64,000 bases of DNA. Source: Oceanispirochaeta sp. (GTDB taxonomy: Bacteria > Spirochaetota > Spirochaetia > DSM-2461). The notes beneath the pieces were generated by a model, which was not told the DNA's origin, did not search any database, and saw nothing but the letters and a program-made list of their open reading frames with translations. The translations under genes were made by a program, and so were the position numbers. This document shows positions 1 through 10,218 of the stretch, one piece after another (within the stretch, counting starts at the first letter, position 1; each line of letters starts with the position of its first letter). The DNA is taken from contig CAXXXD010000003.1 of assembly GCA_963663385.2 (NCBI GenBank), positions 352,001-416,000 on the forward strand, written 5' to 3'.

Positions 1-1605
1 CTTCCATATCTTTTCGGATCTGTTTGTTTATCCTGGAGAAATCTGTAATTTTCCTATGGATTTCGTGAAAGGACTGGTTTGATTCCAGGATCTCTCTGTT
101 TATGCTTTCAAAAGCCTGCTGGGTGTTCTGTCCGGATTTTTGACTTTTTTCAATCCTTTCGATAATCTTATCCAGGGCACTGGTTATCTGATTGGTATTT
201 TCGGCTGAAATTTCAGCCAGTTGCCGTATTTCATCTGCCACGACAGAAAACCCCTTTCCGTATTCACCGGCATGGGCCGCCTCGATTGCGGCATTCATGG
301 CAAGCAGATTCGTCTGGGATGCTATTCCCTTAATCGTTTCGGCTACCTTTTCAATAATCCCGATACTGTCATAGACTTCGGACATGATGGCGCGTGTTGT
401 GCCCAGGCTTTCACCCCCGATACGGGCCGTCTGAATCAGGTTTTCCGATGAAATGGTCTGGGTTTCTGCAACCTGCTTTATAAAATCCGCCGAATCCGAC
501 ATTTCAATTATGGAACTGTCCGCCGTTTCAATAATCCGTATCTGTTTCTGTATAACTTCGTTTAATTCTGCTGTATTGCTGTTAATGGTGGAGAATTGTT
601 TGTCCGCATCGCTTAGATGATTGTTCAGGGTTTGTATCTGACTATTGATATTTTCAACATTTTTATTAAGCAGGCCGGTGCTGTTTGATATCTGATCGAT
701 TGCTTCATCCAATTCGTTTTTTATCAGAACATTCTCCACCGAACCTTTTTTTATTTTGTTTATTGTATTCAGAAGGGCATTCCGGAAGGATTCCATTGAA
801 GTGCTTAGCTGCATCAGTTCATCTTTTGTATTTATAAGAACCGAACGATTAAGATGACCGTCTTTCATATAATCTAATCCCTTATGAATCTTCATAATCC
901 CCCTGTTCATTCCGGTGGTGAGATAGAGCAGCAGAAAAAGACTTGTCAGAATAAAAAATGCAACAATTCCAATTGAAAGAATAGACCCGTTTCTGGTTAT
1001 GCGTCGGGTTTCACTGCGTATAATCAAACTGTTGCTTTCCAGGGTTTCTATGGATGTGGAAAGGCTGTAATCCAGGTTTATCAGATTGACGGAGATATCT
1101 CTTGTCAGCTGTAAAATAGTTTTCAACTGTTCAGGATCCTGTATCTGCCCTTTACTGATATTTTCAGAATAGAGGGTAAACAGGTAAAATAGTTAATATC
1201 GATACCGGTTTTACCAATGAGTCTGTCAAAACGAGTGAGAAGATCTTCCAGGGTGCTCTGTTTTTCCTGTGATATCTGTCTCAGGGTCCCGATGGTTTCC
1301 AGTGCTTCCCGCACAGAAGGGCTGATGGAGGGAAGCAGCGTAATGGATGATAATTTTGAAAAGGACTGATAGGTTGCTTCCACTGAATCGTAATAGGATG
1401 TTACGGATTGAGAGTAGGGATTGTTGCTTATTTTACATAAAGTCAGCAGTTCATTCTGAAGTGAGACTTTTACATCCTCCAGCAGGCTTTCCTCCATTTT
1501 TATATGACTGACTTTGAGACTCTGATACGAAAAGAGTCCTATGGAGAGGAGAATCGAAAAAACGAGTCCGCCGAATAAACCGAACATTTTGCCTTTTATT
1601 GTCAT
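1..1605 (-). pseudogene. Methyl-accepting chemotaxis protein, split by a 1-nt frameshift near 1183; 3' end runs off the window
   Basis: ORF 1123..1605 encodes TM1 plus periplasmic region. A second minus frame starting near 1180 encodes TM2 ([21 protein letters not shown]), HAMP-like KDELMQL and the MCP signature [39 protein letters not shown]. Confidence 0.85.
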
Positions 1606-1933
1606 ATCTGTACCCCTGAAAGTTTTTTTTCATAGTAAAGGCATTTCACAGGAACACAAGTGTATTAGTAATATCTTGTATTATTTAGAAATATGATAAA
1701 GATTTGATGTTTTTCGTTGTTTCAGTTGATCCGGGAGGAGATTATGATTAAGAAAATCGTAATATTTTATATTATTATTGATTTGACATATTAAATATCC
1801 CATGGTAATTCAGGTACAGAAAACATAAAAAAAATACGAATACGATATTCCAGATTTTAGAAATATCCTCCATTTTGTTCTGACAGGGGCTGAAATATAA
1901 TGCGGATAAATTAATATTTTAAAGGAGTTCTAA

Positions 1934-3361
1934 ATGAAAAGACACAAATTGTTTACAGCAGTGGCTCTATTGCTGATTTGTGCTTTGGGTTCAGTGTCCG
2001 CTAATGGTCAGCATGACGGTGCCGGATCGGGAGATACCGTAGACACCGTAAAAAGCGAGGCTGCCAAGACAGGTTTCAGCTGGAAAATGGCGGAAGGAGA
2101 ATCAATCAAGGTTCTTTTTAATCAGCATCCATATGCTGAATCTATTATTAAGAAGATTCCCGAGTTTGAAGCAGCCACAGGTATTAAGGTAACATACGCC
2201 ATTACACCTGAAGAAAACTACTTCGACAAGGTAACCACTTCCCTTAACAGCCGTTCCGGTGATCCCGACCTCTTTATGAGCGGTGCCTATCAGATCTGGG
2301 AATATGCAGTCCCCGGGTATGTTCAGGAACTGGACCAGTTTGTCAATGATCCCAATCTGGTTTCTCCCGACTACGATTTTGCCGATTTCTACCCTGGTGT
2401 TATTTCTTCTCTGAAATGGGACCTGACTCCAGGTCATAAAGTCGGAACAGGTAGCCTCTGGGCTCTTCCCCTGGGCTTTGAAACGAATATTCTTGCCTAT
2501 AACAAGAGAATCTTTGATGAAAGAGGTCTGAAACCTCCCAAAACCATGAAGGAACTGGCGGCTCTCTGTGAAGAACTTCAGGAATTCGATGGTCCGGGTA
2601 CATATGCTCTGGCAATCCGCGGTTCCAGAAACTGGGGTACCATTCATGCCGGTTATATGACAACCTACTCTAATTACGGTGCCGTAGATTTTGAAATTGA
2701 AGATGGTAAACTGATTTCCAAAGTTAACTCTTCTGCGGCTATTGAAATGACCGAGGACTGGGTAAATCTGATTAAAACCGGTGGATCCCCCACCTGGGCA
2801 AGCTATACCTGGTATCAGGCTGGTGCTGACCTGGGTGCCGGAAAAGCCGCCATGCTCTTTGATGCAGACTGTAACGGTTATTTTCAGAACCCCGCCGGGG
2901 CTTCGAAAGAAGCCGGAAACCTTGCTTATGTTCATGCTCCTCTCCCCTCAGGACAGGACAAGGTTAATGCCAACCTCTGGACATGGGCAATGGCAATCAA
3001 TAAGGCTTCCAAGCATAAAACAGCTTCCTGGCTCTTTCTGCAGTATTTTACCGGAAAAGAGTTCAATCAGTGGGCTTCCACAGTTGGTAAAACTGTAGAC
3101 CCCGCCAGAAAATCTGTTTTTGAAAGTTCCGACTTCCAGCAGGTACTGTCCAAATCCGAAGGTTACGGACAGGCTTTCCAGGACTCAGTTGCCGGAACCA
3201 CGATTCAGTTTACTCCCCAGCCCCACTTTTTTGAAACAACAACCGAGTGGGCTGCAACCCTCCAGGATATCGTATCCGGAGAATACGACTCTGTCGAAGA
3301 GGGGCTTAATGCTCTCAAGAAGAAGATGGACCGTATTGTCGAAGACATTGAAGTCGAATAA
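1934..3361 (+). CDS. Sugar/polyol ABC transporter substrate-binding protein
   Basis: AAGGAG RBS; signal peptide; CUT1 SBP motifs (FEAATGIKV, LWALPLGFETNILAYNKRIF); followed by two permeases and two ATPases. Confidence 0.92.
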   Translation: MKRHKLFTAVALLLICALGSVSANGQHDGAGSGDTVDTVKSEAAKTGFSWKMAEGESIKVLFNQHPYAESIIKKIPEFEAATGIKVTYAITPEENYFDKVTTSLNSRSGDPDLFMSGAYQIWEYAVPGYVQELDQFVNDPNLVSPDYDFADFYPGVISSLKWDLTPGHKVGTGSLWALPLGFETNILAYNKRIFDERGLKPPKTMKELAALCEELQEFDGPGTYALAIRGSRNWGTIHAGYMTTYSNYGAVDFEIEDGKLISKVNSSAAIEMTEDWVNLIKTGGSPTWASYTWYQAGADLGAGKAAMLFDADCNGYFQNPAGASKEAGNLAYVHAPLPSGQDKVNANLWTWAMAINKASKHKTASWLFLQYFTGKEFNQWASTVGKTVDPARKSVFESSDFQQVLSKSEGYGQAFQDSVAGTTIQFTPQPHFFETTTEWAATLQDIVSGEYDSVEEGLNALKKKMDRIVEDIEVE

Positions 3362-3380
3362 TTAAAAAAATGAGATAAAC

Positions 3381-3409
3381 TATCGGGCTGCCTCTGCAGC
3401 AGTCCGATA
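3381..3409 (+). other. Intercistronic stem-loop after the SBP gene (mRNA stabiliser or partial terminator)
   Basis: TATCGGGCTGC...GCAGTCCGATA inverted repeat with one G-U pair. Confidence 0.55.
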
Positions 3410-3458
3410 CCGATTATTCGGCTATTTACAATAAATATAAATAAACAGGAGTTCTGTT

Positions 3459-4412
3459 TTGTCTGAAAATATAAATGAAAATAGCCTTAAGACTGGTATG
3501 ACAGGTACAGAAACCAGCTTAACAAAGGTTCACTGGACAGTTAAGGCTCGTCCATATTTTATCATGGCGCCCTGTCTGCTTATCACAATCGGTATTCTAT
3601 ACCCATTTGCAAGCGCCATATTCTATTCTTTAACCAATTATTCCTTCAGGAATCCCACCTGGAAATTTATTGGACTTCGAAACTGGAAATATCTGTCTAC
3701 CGATGTGGATTTCTGGCATGCTCTATTGGTAACATTCAAATATGCAGCGGCTACAACCATTCCGCAAATACTTCTGGGACTGGGAATTGCCCTTTTGCTT
3801 AACAAAGAAAACTGGTTTACCAGAATACTGAAAGTCGTTCTGGTATTTCCCCTGATGATTGCTCCTGTAATCGCCACATTGATATGGCAGCTTATGACCA
3901 ATACGTCAGTAGGTATTCTGGAAAAGTTTCTGAACCTGTTCGGTGTATATGGTTTTCCCTGGGCTGCATCATCACATACCGCATTGTTTACGGCGGCCCT
4001 GATCGATACCTGGGTTTATGCTCCCTTTGTTATCGTTCTGGTCTCAGCAGGTATTCAGTCTCTGCCCAAATCTCCTTTCGAGGCGGCAAAGGTTGATGGC
4101 GGATCGGCATGGTTTACCTTTAAAAATCTGACACTTCCCATGCTGAAACCATTCATGTATATCGCCCTGATATTCCGCCTTATGGCGGCTCTCCAGGAGT
4201 TTGCCATTATCTTCGCCCTTTCCAAGGGAGGTCCGGGAAATACTCTAATGAACCTCTCCCTGTCTGGTTACAACAAAGGTTTTGCTTTTCTTAAGTTCGG
4301 TGAATCACTGCCGTATGTACTGGTTTTATGGGTGGTTATTTACTTTATCAGTAAAAAACTGGTAGGCGATTATCTTCTGACGCAGAAAAAAGCCTCCGGT
4401 GAAGCGAATTAA
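3459..4412 (+). CDS. Carbohydrate ABC permease (MalF-like)
   Basis: TTG start after AGGAG; multiple TM segments; EAA loop FEAAKVDGG. Confidence 0.92.
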   Translation: MSENINENSLKTGMTGTETSLTKVHWTVKARPYFIMAPCLLITIGILYPFASAIFYSLTNYSFRNPTWKFIGLRNWKYLSTDVDFWHALLVTFKYAAATTIPQILLGLGIALLLNKENWFTRILKVVLVFPLMIAPVIATLIWQLMTNTSVGILEKFLNLFGVYGFPWAASSHTALFTAALIDTWVYAPFVIVLVSAGIQSLPKSPFEAAKVDGGSAWFTFKNLTLPMLKPFMYIALIFRLMAALQEFAIIFALSKGGPGNTLMNLSLSGYNKGFAFLKFGESLPYVLVLWVVIYFISKKLVGDYLLTQKKASGEAN

Positions 4413-4422
4413 GGAGAGATTG

Positions 4423-5250
4423 ATGACTATTGAAAAAATGCACCATACAGGTAAAGTCGCAAGGAACTTACTCCTCGCCCTCTGGGCCATCTTTGCTCTG
4501 TTCCCTATATTCTGGATGGTTTTGATTACTTTTAAAAGTGATGCGGAAATGTTTACAACTACTTTCTTCTTTACTCCTACATTGGAAAACTATACACAGG
4601 TTCTATTCCGTACCGACTATTTCAGTGCCTTTCTGGATAATATAATCGTCAGTGCCGGAGCTGTTATTGTATCGGTTATAGCCGGTGTGCCTGCGGCATA
4701 TGCTTTGGCCCGGTTTAATTTTAAAGGGAAAGAGGATCTGGCTTTTACCATTCTTTCTTTCAAATTCGCACCGGAAATCCTGGTTATTCTGCCCCTGTTT
4801 ATGATTTATCAGAAACTGGGGATCTATGATACCCATTTCGGTCTTATCTGGGTTTATCAGCTGATTACCATGCCCCTTCTTGTATGGGTAGTCAGGGGAT
4901 ATTTTGAAGATATCTCTGTAGAGATAGAGCAGGCTGCCCGACTTGACGGATACCGCTGGTGGGAGATCTTCTATAAGATGCTTCTGCCCCTGATCAAACC
5001 GGGACTGGTTTCATCTGCTCTTCTGGCATTTATCTTTGCCTGGAACAGTTTTACCTTTCCCCTGCTGCTGACCAGCTTCAATGTGGAAACTGTAACTGTC
5101 GCATCCCTGAAATATATAGCGTCCGATACCGTTCACTACGGCCAGATGGCTGTAGCGGCAACTGTAGCAGCTACCCCGGAAGTTATTCTGGCGCTTCTGA
5201 TTCAGAAACACCTGGTACGGGGACTCAGTTTCGGTGCTGTAAAAGGTTAA
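4423..5250 (+). CDS. Carbohydrate ABC permease (MalG-like)
   Basis: ATG 4423 after AAGGAG; EQAARLDG loop; C-terminal LVRGLSFGAVKG. Confidence 0.92.
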   Translation: MTIEKMHHTGKVARNLLLALWAIFALFPIFWMVLITFKSDAEMFTTTFFFTPTLENYTQVLFRTDYFSAFLDNIIVSAGAVIVSVIAGVPAAYALARFNFKGKEDLAFTILSFKFAPEILVILPLFMIYQKLGIYDTHFGLIWVYQLITMPLLVWVVRGYFEDISVEIEQAARLDGYRWWEIFYKMLLPLIKPGLVSSALLAFIFAWNSFTFPLLLTSFNVETVTVASLKYIASDTVHYGQMAVAATVAATPEVILALLIQKHLVRGLSFGAVKG

Positions 5251-5263
5251 ATTGGAGGAAATT

Positions 5264-6409
5264 GTGGCTCAGATTGAATTAAACGAATTAACAAAAAACT
5301 ATAAAGAGCATTCGGCTCTGAAAAATGTGGACCTGACCGTTCATGATAAGGAATTCCTTGTACTTTTCGGTCCGGCTGGGGCGGGGAAGACAACAACACT
5401 CAAGATGATCGCCGGTCTGGAATTCCCGGACGAAGGGTTGGTTAAAATTAACGGGGAAATCGTTAATGTTGTTCCTCCGGCCAATAGAAATGTATCTATG
5501 GTATTTGAGAACTATGCCCTTTATCCCCATCTTTCGGTTTATGACAACATTGCTTCCCCCATGAGGAGTTCCCTCTACAGGGAGGATGAAAAGTATATTC
5601 ATGATGCGATCCTTGATGTAACCAAAAAGATGAAGATTGACCACCTGTGGGACAGGCTGCCTTCCCAGCTCAGTAACGGTCAGCGTCAGAGGGTTGCCCT
5701 GGGGCGTTGTCTTGTAAGAAAACCGAATGTCTTTCTTATGGATGAACCCCTGGCTCACCTTGATGCCAAACTGCGGCACTTTATGAGGGCCGAACTGAAA
5801 GAAATGCAGGCTTCCTTTGATACAACAACCATCTATGTAACTCATGACTACATGGAAGCTCTGAGTCTGGGAGACCGGATCGCTATCATTAATGAAGGTG
5901 AAATCATACAGATAGGTACGGGAGAGGAGCTGTTCTATACCCCCTGTAACCAGTTCGTTGCCGGTCTTATGGGAGAACCTGAGATTAATATTATCCCGGC
6001 GGAAATTATCCGGGATAACAGTTCAGTCAAGGTAAAACTGTCTCATCAGAATCACCTTTTTGATCTGCCGGAAGATGTGGCCAATTTTTTTAGAGAAAAT
6101 ACCATTGAAAGCGTAAATCTTGGAGTTCGGGGAAACGATGTTACCTGTTCCAGGACATCCGGGAATGACAAATCTATTAAAGGATCGGTATATGTTCTTG
6201 AACCGATCGGCAACCGCTCTATTCTGACTGCCGATGTGGAAGGACAGAAAATACGGATTATTGTTTCCAACAGCTACGATGTGGAAATGGATTCTGATAC
6301 TTATATCGATCTTGATTTTACGGATATTATTTTTTTCAACAGTGAAAATGAAGAGTATCTGATACGGCACAATCAGGAAAAACTGGTTAAGGAGGGCACA
6401 CATGCCTGA
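5264..6409 (+). CDS. ABC ATP-binding protein (MalK-like, subunit 1)
   Basis: GTG after GGAGGA; Walker A GPAGAGKTT; signature LSNGQ; Walker B FLMDEP. Confidence 0.93.
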   Translation: MAQIELNELTKNYKEHSALKNVDLTVHDKEFLVLFGPAGAGKTTTLKMIAGLEFPDEGLVKINGEIVNVVPPANRNVSMVFENYALYPHLSVYDNIASPMRSSLYREDEKYIHDAILDVTKKMKIDHLWDRLPSQLSNGQRQRVALGRCLVRKPNVFLMDEPLAHLDAKLRHFMRAELKEMQASFDTTTIYVTHDYMEALSLGDRIAIINEGEIIQIGTGEELFYTPCNQFVAGLMGEPEINIIPAEIIRDNSSVKVKLSHQNHLFDLPEDVANFFRENTIESVNLGVRGNDVTCSRTSGNDKSIKGSVYVLEPIGNRSILTADVEGQKIRIIVSNSYDVEMDSDTYIDLDFTDIIFFNSENEEYLIRHNQEKLVKEGTHA

Positions 6410-7514
6410 TCTCATTCTGGAAAATGTATTTAAACGATATGTAAATAAGAAAAATACCAAAGTGCTCAATGACTTTGCGGTAAATGATCTCTCTCTTCAC
6501 TGTAATGAAGGGGAGTTTATAGGAATCCTGGGACCTTCCGGCTGTGGGAAAACCACTACATTGAGAATGATTGCCGGGTTGGAAGAGATTACTGACGGAA
6601 ACATCTATATCGGCGATATGAAGCTTAATAATCTTGAGCCGAAAGACCGTCATATCGGTTTGGCTTTTGAGGATTATGCCCTGTATCCTCCTCTGAATGT
6701 GTATGACAATATTGCCTTCAATCTGAGAGCGAAGAAAGTTTCGGAAGAGGCCATTAAGGAAAGGATAAATAAGATTGCTCCTTTGCTTAAAGTGGATGAT
6801 CTGCTCAAAGAAAAGCCCATCAGTTTGTCTGGTGGGCAGAAGCAGCGGGTCAATATTGCCCGAGCGATTGTAAGGGAACCGAAACTCCTTCTACTGGATG
6901 AACCACTCTCTCATCTGGATGGAAAAATGCGGCAGGTGCTCAGGGACGAGATCAAACGTCTTCACAGGCAGATCAACAGTACAACGATTATTGTGACTCA
7001 TGATCAGCTGGAAGCCATGTCTCTTTCCGACAGAATGGCCATAATGAAGGACGGTCTGCTTCAGCAGTTCGGAACCCCTCTGGAAATCTACGATGATCCG
7101 GCCAATGAATTTGTTGCCGGATTTATCGGGGAACCCCCCATGAACCTTTTGACCGTTACAATTAAACAGACCGGAAATGATTATCTGTTTGTTTTTGCAG
7201 ATAATAACCTGCAGGTACCTGTTCCCGTCAGGTATAACAAGGTTTTAAAGGACGGTATGAAAGTTCGTCTGGGCGTTCGTCCCACGGATGTTCTGATAGG
7301 CCGGGAAAACAGCAAAGGTACGGATGTGGAAATAACCGTATTTGAGGGACTGGGAGAAGAGAGACGGCTTCATTTCAGAGTCGGTGAGGAGTTCCTGACC
7401 CTGATTACAACAGAGAAAATATTCTATCGTCCCGGCGATACCATTAAACTAGAGTTCCTTTCGGAGAAAACCCATCTGTTTGATCTGAAAACGGGCGATA
7501 AAATCCGCGCATAA
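6402..7514 (+). CDS. ABC ATP-binding protein (MalK-like, subunit 2)
   Basis: GPSGCGKTT, LSGGQKQR, LLLDEP; overlaps the previous stop. Confidence 0.93.
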   Translation: MPDLILENVFKRYVNKKNTKVLNDFAVNDLSLHCNEGEFIGILGPSGCGKTTTLRMIAGLEEITDGNIYIGDMKLNNLEPKDRHIGLAFEDYALYPPLNVYDNIAFNLRAKKVSEEAIKERINKIAPLLKVDDLLKEKPISLSGGQKQRVNIARAIVREPKLLLLDEPLSHLDGKMRQVLRDEIKRLHRQINSTTIIVTHDQLEAMSLSDRMAIMKDGLLQQFGTPLEIYDDPANEFVAGFIGEPPMNLLTVTIKQTGNDYLFVFADNNLQVPVPVRYNKVLKDGMKVRLGVRPTDVLIGRENSKGTDVEITVFEGLGEERRLHFRVGEEFLTLITTEKIFYRPGDTIKLEFLSEKTHLFDLKTGDKIRA

Positions 7515-7541
7515 ATTTTAACAAAGGATAAGGAGAAAAGA

Positions 7542-8618
7542 ATGAGTGATTTACCAAAAACAATGAAAGCAATTGTAGCCTATGCCCCCGGAGACTACCG
7601 GTATGAAGATGCTCCCGTTCCCAGAGCAGGAGAGGGAGAGATTGTGATAAAAGTGGAAGCCTGCGGTGTATGTGCGGGGGATGTTAAAGCCGAACATGGT
7701 GCGTCCCGGTTCTGGGGAGGGGACGGTACTCCGCCCTATATAAAAGCTCCTGTTATTCCCGGTCATGAGTTTCTTGGAGAAATTGTTGAAATGGGGGAAA
7801 ATGTTAAAGGAGATTTTAAACTGGGAGACCGGGTCATTTCCGAACAGATCGTTCCCTGCTGGGAGTGTAAATTCTGTAAAACAGGACGTCACTGGATGTG
7901 TGAAAAACACGATGTGTACGGGTTCCAGTACAATGTAAACGGCGGAATGGCCGAATATATGAAATTCCCCAAAGAAGCCCTTGTATACAATGTTCCAAAG
8001 GATATTCCCATGGAAAAGGCTATTCTGGTTGAACCTTTCGCCTGCTCAAAACATGCTGTAGACCGGGGTAATATCGGGAATGAGGATGTGGTTGTCCTTT
8101 CCGGAGCCGGAACCCTTGGACTGGGTATGGTGGGAGCCATCAAACTGAAAAATCCCAAGACCCTTGTTGTTCTGGATATGAAGGATGAAAGACTGGAGCT
8201 GGCAAAAAAATTCGGGGCAGATGTAGTAATGAACCCCGCCAAGGAGGATGTTGTCAGCAAGATCAGGGAGATGACAGAGGGATACGGTTGTGATATTTAC
8301 ATTGAGGCGACGGGGCATCCCTCCAGTGTTCAGCAGGGATTGGAAGCTATCAGAAAAATGGGGACTTTTGTTGAATTCAGCGTGTTTGGTCAGCTTACCA
8401 CGGTTGACTGGAGCATTATCAGTGATACCAAAGAACTGGATCTTTTCGGAGCTCATCTCAGTCCGTTCTGTTATGAACCGGTTATTGAGTGGATTGGAAA
8501 CGGAAAACTTCCAACCGATGGAGTTGTGACTCACACCTTACCCCTCAAGGAGTACAGGAAAGCTTTTGAACTGGCAGGAAAAGGAGAAGGATCACTCAAG
8601 GTTGTTTTAGTGCCTTGA
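7542..8618 (+). CDS. Zn-dependent polyol dehydrogenase, erythritol/L-threitol dehydrogenase (EltD)-like
   Basis: MDR motifs GVC, GHE, CxxCxxC...C, GAGTLG; the FWG insertion before IPGHEF resembles the EltD group; context with RpiB and DAK genes. Confidence 0.8.
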   Translation: MSDLPKTMKAIVAYAPGDYRYEDAPVPRAGEGEIVIKVEACGVCAGDVKAEHGASRFWGGDGTPPYIKAPVIPGHEFLGEIVEMGENVKGDFKLGDRVISEQIVPCWECKFCKTGRHWMCEKHDVYGFQYNVNGGMAEYMKFPKEALVYNVPKDIPMEKAILVEPFACSKHAVDRGNIGNEDVVVLSGAGTLGLGMVGAIKLKNPKTLVVLDMKDERLELAKKFGADVVMNPAKEDVVSKIREMTEGYGCDIYIEATGHPSSVQQGLEAIRKMGTFVEFSVFGQLTTVDWSIISDTKELDLFGAHLSPFCYEPVIEWIGNGKLPTDGVVTHTLPLKEYRKAFELAGKGEGSLKVVLVP

Positions 8619-8705
8619 TAATACAAATAAGTGTAATGAAAGATTCGTCAATAAGTTATACGAAACTTTAAAATCTCGAGTAGATTCATGAAATAGGAAA
8701 CTGAA

Positions 8706-9692
8706 ATGAGAGAAGATAGAAAATCCCCCCCCAAAATGAAGGTGGCAAGTCTGGGACTGCATATCTGCGATATCCTGGGGCGGCCTGTAACAGGTATTCC
8801 TGAAGGACAGAATCTGGATATTCTGGAAGAAACCAGAATGACAGTTGCAGGAACGGCTGCAGGAACGAGTGTCGATATGGCTAAACTCGGTTTGGATGTA
8901 TACGCCTTTGGTGCGGTGGGGACGGATACAATAGGTGATTTTGTTATGAGTACCATGAACAGTTATGGAATTGATACCGCAGGACTTGTCAGAACATCAC
9001 TTGCGCAGACTTCTACTTCCATGTTGATGATCCGTCCTAACGGAGACAGACCGGCACTTCATGTACCGGGAGCAAATGCTGTTTATTCACGGGAAAATGT
9101 AAACTTTACCCTTCTGGCAGAAATGGATTTTCTTCACTTTGGAGGAACAGGGCTCATGCCGGGACTGGACGGGGAAGCCAGCCGGGACATTCTGGCGTTT
9201 GCAAAAAAACATAATGTTACGACGACCTTTGATCTGATCGCTTTGGAATCGGTTGAATTAAACTCATTAATAGAACCCTGTTTACCTTTTGTGGATTATT
9301 TTATGCCCGGGCTGGAAGAAGCCGCCATGATTTGCGGTTTGGATAGAAGAGAGGATATCCACAGATATTTTCTGGAAAGGGGCGCCGGGCATACGGTATT
9401 CAAAAACGGTGAAAACGGGACTTTTATAGCATGGCTGGACAGCGGAGTGTTGAGAGAAATCCATATTCCATGTTTTGAAACCAGTGTGGTTGATTCAACC
9501 GGATGCGGTGATTCGTTCTGTGCTGGATTTATCAAGGCTCTGTCCTGTGGATTCCCTCTGGAAATTTGTGGCGAAATGGGCAGTGCCTGCGGAGCTCTTG
9601 TTATTTCAGGTCTTGGTTCGGACGCCGGAATAGTAAGCTGGGAGCATCTTCAGGAATTTGCCAGAACCACACCGGTTTGTCTTTCTGTATAA
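8706..9692 (+). CDS. PfkB-family carbohydrate kinase
   Basis: N-terminal AGTAAGTSVDMAKLG...GAVGTDTIG; C-terminal PfkB signature VDSTGCGDSFCAGF. Confidence 0.9.
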   Translation: MREDRKSPPKMKVASLGLHICDILGRPVTGIPEGQNLDILEETRMTVAGTAAGTSVDMAKLGLDVYAFGAVGTDTIGDFVMSTMNSYGIDTAGLVRTSLAQTSTSMLMIRPNGDRPALHVPGANAVYSRENVNFTLLAEMDFLHFGGTGLMPGLDGEASRDILAFAKKHNVTTTFDLIALESVELNSLIEPCLPFVDYFMPGLEEAAMICGLDRREDIHRYFLERGAGHTVFKNGENGTFIAWLDSGVLREIHIPCFETSVVDSTGCGDSFCAGFIKALSCGFPLEICGEMGSACGALVISGLGSDAGIVSWEHLQEFARTTPVCLSV

Positions 9693-9739
9693 CGCTGAAG
9701 AGATCTTGGCAGCGTATTAAATGTGTAATAGGAGCTTTT

Positions 9740-10198
9740 ATGAGAATAGCAATAGGTTGTGATGAAGCCGCCATTGATATGAAGAATTGTATAAAACAGC
9801 ATCTGGAGGAGATGGGGCACGCGGTTCAGGATTTTGGTGTAAACAATACCGACCCTGTACTATACCCCGATATCGCCGTGGCCGTGGGGACCTCAGTGGC
9901 CAGCGGAGATAATGAACGGGGAATCCTGATGTGCGGTACCGGCCTGGGAATGGCTATCGCAGCGAATAAGGTTCCGGGAATTCGGGCCGCTACCTGCCAT
10001 GATTCCTTTTCGGCCCAGAGGGCCCGGAAAAGCAACAATGCCCAGATTATGACCATGGGGGCCCGTGTTATCGGCCTGGAACTGGCCAAGAACCTGGTGG
10101 ATATCTGGATGGAATCGGAATTTCAGGGAGGCGGTTCAGCACCCAAGGTAGATAAAATCATGGAGTGGGAGAAAGAACTCCATAAAAAGGCCAATTGA
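9740..10198 (+). CDS. RpiB/LacA/LacB-family isomerase, probably D-erythrulose-4-phosphate isomerase (DerI/EryI type)
   Basis: ATG 9740 after GGAG; CGTGLGMAIAANKVPGIRA; GCDE and SNNAQ in place of the canonical RpiB DH and HNN. Confidence 0.85.
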   Translation: MRIAIGCDEAAIDMKNCIKQHLEEMGHAVQDFGVNNTDPVLYPDIAVAVGTSVASGDNERGILMCGTGLGMAIAANKVPGIRAATCHDSFSAQRARKSNNAQIMTMGARVIGLELAKNLVDIWMESEFQGGGSAPKVDKIMEWEKELHKKAN

Positions 10199-10218
10199 AA
10201 AAGATAGGAGTACGAATC

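Noticed and set aside
1170..1200. Programmed ribosomal frameshift in the MCP
   Set aside because: No X XXY YYZ slippery site; a simple indel explains it
2102..2935. 277-aa minus-strand ORF
   Set aside because: Antisense shadow of the well-supported SBP gene; no motifs
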